Below are positions 59,960-64,000 of a stretch of 64,000 nucleotides of DNA, one piece after another. Under the pieces are notes generated by a model. It was given only the letters and a program-made list of their open reading frames with translations, was not told the DNA's origin and ran no database searches. The first letter of the stretch is position 1, and every line of letters starts with the position of its first letter. Origin of the DNA: Dicyema japonicum. Taxonomy: Eukaryota; Animalia; Dicyemida. The stretch is from positions 713,990 to 777,989 of the forward strand of contig RDEW01000025.1 in the NCBI GenBank assembly GCA_011109175.1, given 5' to 3'. The position numbers and the translations under genes are program-made.

Positions 59960-61460
59960 AGGCGGTAGAGAGACATCTCTTTGATTGGAAAACGACCGAG
60001 GTCGATAAAGTTTATAATTTCTTTATCAAAAGATGCACTTCATTGCATGAGTCTGTCTCGTGTATTACAGAAAAGCATCACTAACCCAGAAACGATTCTT
60101 GAGTGGGCCTGCACCGGGACAACTTATTTGATCCCAAAGCTGGACAACCCTCAGTCTGCTGCAGATAATCGACCAATAACCTGCATGCCAACCCTGTATA
60201 AGCTGATGACCAAATTGGTGGCTAATGAGGTCAAGAGCATTGTAGACGCAAATGGGATTCTCTCCGAGAATCAGTTGAGTACTGTAGGAAATTGTCAGGG
60301 GGCAAAAGAGCAGGCTTTGATCAACAAATGCCTTTCTGTGTCTCACGGAAACTCACTTTTGTCTATGTAATTCAAAGTCTGCGCTGTCTCGCTGCTAAAC
60401 TACTACATAGGTGTTGTGGTGTTTGAGCTCAAAGAGTATGATGAGATGGATGTTATGATCCGTGAGTACTTAGAGAGAACCATGTACTGGCAGCCAATAA
60501 AGAAGAGACTATATTTACCCCTTGATAAATTCGGCCGTTGACTGTGTGGAGTAGTACAACTAAGTGAGCGTATCCTAATGCGAATGCACGACACCCTGAT
60601 AGCTGGGTCAAGTGTGTCTGCTAGGAGGCACGCCATAATAACGACCGAGAAAACACGGGCAACCCACCTAGGCACTATCAGACCTTTTTTGTCTGCTAAG
60701 TATGGTGTTGATGATGGTGGGCTAGTAAACGTGAAGGCGTTGATCGAAATACTATATAATAATTTGATGGAAAAGATCAACTTAAAAAGCCTTCATAAGG
60801 TCCTCTTCAGAGCATTGACAACCAACAAATACATGTCCCCATTGTAAGTCAAGGAGCATGTCGGTTGATCATTTAGCCATTCATTGCGGATCCATGCCAC
60901 GACTATGTGTGGAGGCTTAACGAGGTAGTAAGGACTCTTAATCTTATACTATGCAATAAGTATGGTATTCGCCACACCAGAAAGTTGCGGTTGCGGACTC
61001 ATAAGGTGCAATCTGTAGTAAAGAACACCAGGGTCCAAATTAAGGTAGACAGTGTTATCCGTACCTCGGTGCTAGTCAAGCACAATAAACCGGACATTGT
61101 GGTACACGATAAGAAGTCTGGCCAAGTCCTTATCATAGAGGTTAACATTACGTCTCAAGACCGTTTGCAGACTGTGGAGGTGGAGAAAAAAGGAAGTATG
61201 ACTTGCTTGCAAACGAGATGGGGCAGATGCTTGGTTGCAAGTTCCTCGTTATTCCAATAGTAATGACGTGGGAAGGAATTGCAACAAAGTACCACAAGTG
61301 TTATCTGAAGCAGTTGGGGGTAGATAGGAAGCTCTAAGCCTATCTACAGTCCACTGTATTAAAGCGGACCCTAGAGAACCTGACACTGGACTAGGCAGAG
61401 CCCGGAGATGCCAAATGGGCAGAGTGTTCAATTGGACAAAGCGCTCTAGGAGTTTTTTTA
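59960..61460 (+). mobile_element. R4/Dong-like RLE non-LTR retrotransposon, 5'-truncated with the RT core deleted
   Basis: GTTYLIPK...NRPITCMPTLYKLMTK...ENQL...GAKEQALIN, then directly the thumb region (KRLYLP), then NKPDIVVHDK...LIIEV and MTWEGI. Confidence 0.85.
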
Positions 61461-61599
61461 ACAACCAGAATCGAACCTACCTGAGGAACCTGGCAAACAG
61501 AAAGCTATTCAACTGACTCTGATGTGGAAATGGGGAATAAGAGGGAGTTGGTGGCACACTCTTCTTCCTTGAGAAGGATTAAATTAAATTGTTTGTGTC

Positions 61600-62300
61600 T
61601 TGTTTTACTTAATCCTGCTTATTGAAGAATTTCTGCGTATAAAAGTTGAATGTGACAGTACCCTTGGTTTAAACTGACAGTACCCTTGGCGAAGCTTGGT
61701 GAGAAGTGTTCTTGTGTTATTCTAAATAGAACATATTAGGCTGATTGGCCTATTTCCACAAATACTTTTTCCGCACCAGTCCTAGGACAAGCAAGTTTTC
61801 TATAACTCTTCCAAAGTGATGGGTTTCTGATATCGACTCTTGAGGGTTCCTCCATTTATTTCCTCTCCGAAATATATTTCCATATTTTACTAATAGCGGT
61901 CCTGACTAGAGAAATATCCGGGTTCAAAGTTCCTGAAGGATATGGTCACTTCAAATATCCCACAAGGTCTCAGCTATACCTACATGGAAAAGCTCCGAGT
62001 GAAGACGAAACAAGAAAATCTCCAATTTGTCTTCTCCATTATAACAGAAATGATTAGTCTCTTCTGACGTTCGAACTTTAATCCGATGATTTCAAATAAT
62101 AATGCTATCTCCGTCCATCCTAATTCGTCCCGTAACAGCCATAATTAGTACCCTTAGAATTAAGATCGCCAACTAAGATGGTATAGGGATTCTTTTTATA
62201 GAACTCATAGATCTCTGTAGAAAAAGTCTCCAGATTCTTAGAGTATACACCTCCAACACTAATCCTTACTCCATCACAACAGCCACGTTTAAAACTTAAC
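61600..62300 (-). mobile_element. APE-type LINE endonuclease-region remnant
   Basis: ORF 62120-62302 contains TILVGDLNSK...YGC..TN (APE motif). Confidence 0.65.
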
Positions 62301-63230
62301 AAGATATATCACAAACGACATTTGGATTACGAATTCTGAGGCAGTACCGATAGAAATAGACGTTTCCTTACCAGCAACTGCTCCAACCTTCTATAAATTG
62401 TCCGCGGAATTATATTCCCTCAGTATATTACTCTTCCCTTCTATTGTTTCTCTCAAATCACCTTGGGGGCCTCTGCAAGTAGTGCTAGTTCATTATGCTT
62501 TTTCTCTAAAAATCAGGCATTCACTATCACTATTTTTAGGCCTTGCTTATACTTATCGAAAATTTATGTTTTTTCACCGCGAATTCTCCTTGTAAGTTTC
62601 ATATCCTGTGGCATTATTGTTACTCGATTTCTATTTATTGCACAAAAATTACTATCCTAGAAAATCCCCACACAAATAACTCTAAAAGCAACTTAAATCT
62701 GCTTTCATAAACTGTGCTGCTTCTCTATCAACTTTGGAATGGTGTTTTCGGAATTGAGTACTCTTTTGATATTTCTGATCTCCCTCATTCCATAAAACCA
62801 GGACGAAAGCGATTTGGCTTCTTTACAACACCCAATTGGAATTCCGAGTGTGTATTCATGTTTCAGATAATTTTTTCCACGGCTTATTCGGAGTGCGCAC
62901 GATTTCTAGTGGGGATCTTTAACCCCCTCATGCTCAATCTGGTCCACATACTCCTTGATTCTTCCTTCAGATATAGAAGATTTTAGGGATGTGTCCATAA
63001 CAATTACGTCATCCACATAAATAATATGTCGCGTCCCATGCTGGTTACATGTCACCGGTCAATAGATCTGTCAGATGTCATGCTTAATGTGGCTTTAATC
63101 ATTTTTACCCGTTATTCATAAATATTCAACATGTGCTCTATAAAATGTTTATTTCTTTACACATGATAATAAGGAAGGCGAAATAACAATTAATGAAAAA
63201 ATCCGAGAAATTTTCATTAAATAATAAATA

Positions 63231-63550
63231 GCCGCGTGGCGCCATGTGGTGCTGCGTGGTTAATTGATTGAAGTTTTCTGCTTGCTTGTCTGTTCCTCCT
63301 CTCTTCCTACTAGAGTGGCGTCATGTGATCCACCTGTTTAGGTGACGCCCAGTGCCAGGCTGGCACGAAAAAGGATCATTTGCTCTTCCCCACTCTACTG
63401 GAGTGGTTTCCACAACTGCATGTAATGGACGTCTTACCTTTATGCTGATTCCGGATGGACTCTGTTTCTGTAGAAGTGGAAACTGGATACACTTAATTAG
63501 TTGTTTACTTTAACTTCTTTCTCGGTGTATCCGGGGTTAATAAATTAAAT
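63231..63550 (+). mobile_element. SINE-like family A, full-length copy
   Basis: Collinear with 46818-47140; tail TCCGGGGTTAATAAATTAAA. Confidence 0.9.
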
Positions 63551-63746
63551 GCGAACTATTGCTGAGTCTATTCATAAAAATAGCCATTTGGGGATTCGTA
63601 AACTGCAGCAAGAATATTTGGACTCCTATTTTTCAATAAAACAGAAAATTATTAAAAAATTGTCAGAGTCACAATTTGAAAGTTTTCTATCCCACTTAAA
63701 GCGGATCGCTACACGAACANATGTCAGTAGCCGCTCTCCCCCATAA
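63549..63746 (+). mobile_element. Possible Gypsy/Ginger-type integrase His-His zinc-binding fragment
   Basis: IAESIHKNSHLGIRKL resembles the H..(n)..H-G part of integrase H2C2 domains; the Cys pair is absent and there is an N at 63720. Confidence 0.35.
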
Positions 63747-63872
63747 TTAATAAATAATATTTTATTGTTAATAAATTTTTGAAATAAAAAAAATTTTTTT
63801 TATAACGTCTATTCTTTGCCCAAATCTACGAATAACACGACCCCTCCAAAAATAAACTTGATTAGTAAATTA

Positions 63873-64000
63873 GCCGCGTGGCGCCATGTGGTGCTGCGTG
63901 GTTAATTGATTGAAGTTTCTACTTGCTTGTCTGTTCCTCCTCTCTTCCTATTAGAGTGGCGTCATGTGATCCACCTGTCTAGGTGACGCCCAGTGCCAGG
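63873..64000 (+). mobile_element. SINE-like family A copy, cut by the window edge
   Basis: Near-identical to 63231-63360 apart from a few substitutions. Confidence 0.9.

Noticed and set aside
63231-64000. Two family A copies flanking an integrase-like fragment, read as an LTR element
   Set aside because: No TG...CA ends; the copies have a SINE-type A-rich tail and occur solo elsewhere; an N at 63720 may mark a scaffold join.
1-64000. Alternative genetic code explaining the fragmented ORFs
   Set aside because: TAA, TAG and TGA all serve as terminal stops, and internal stops fall inside removable mini-introns.

Overview
AT-rich animal genomic DNA. Thirteen protein-coding genes sit in very compact islands: a ZMYM/woc-type zinc-finger protein, a nicotinic acetylcholine receptor alpha subunit, SPAG17, IFT52, QTRT2, rotatin, MRPL39, TRAK/Milton, an adhesion GPCR, LIAS, WDR91, an NK2 homeobox gene and an L3MBTL protein. 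They are broken up by spliceosomal mini-introns, mostly 18-27 nt, so the ORF track shows only fragments. Metazoan gene content, motile-cilium genes and ~22-nt introns point to a dicyemid mesozoan (inference). The islands are separated by 1-7 kb of decayed non-LTR retrotransposons (CRE-like and R4-like RLE elements, APE-type LINEs, RTE-like fragments) and at least four SINE-like families that share one 3' tail. The most novel signal is a conserved, covarying pseudoknot core with HDV-ribozyme-like helix order inside two SINE families. Also notable are two tail-to-head gene pairs only 42 and 54 bp apart, extreme or non-canonical mini-introns, and single-base frameshifts at A-runs in three conserved genes (probably assembly errors). 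No rRNA, intact tRNA or CRISPR array was seen. All homology calls are by-eye comparisons with remembered family motifs; no database search was run.
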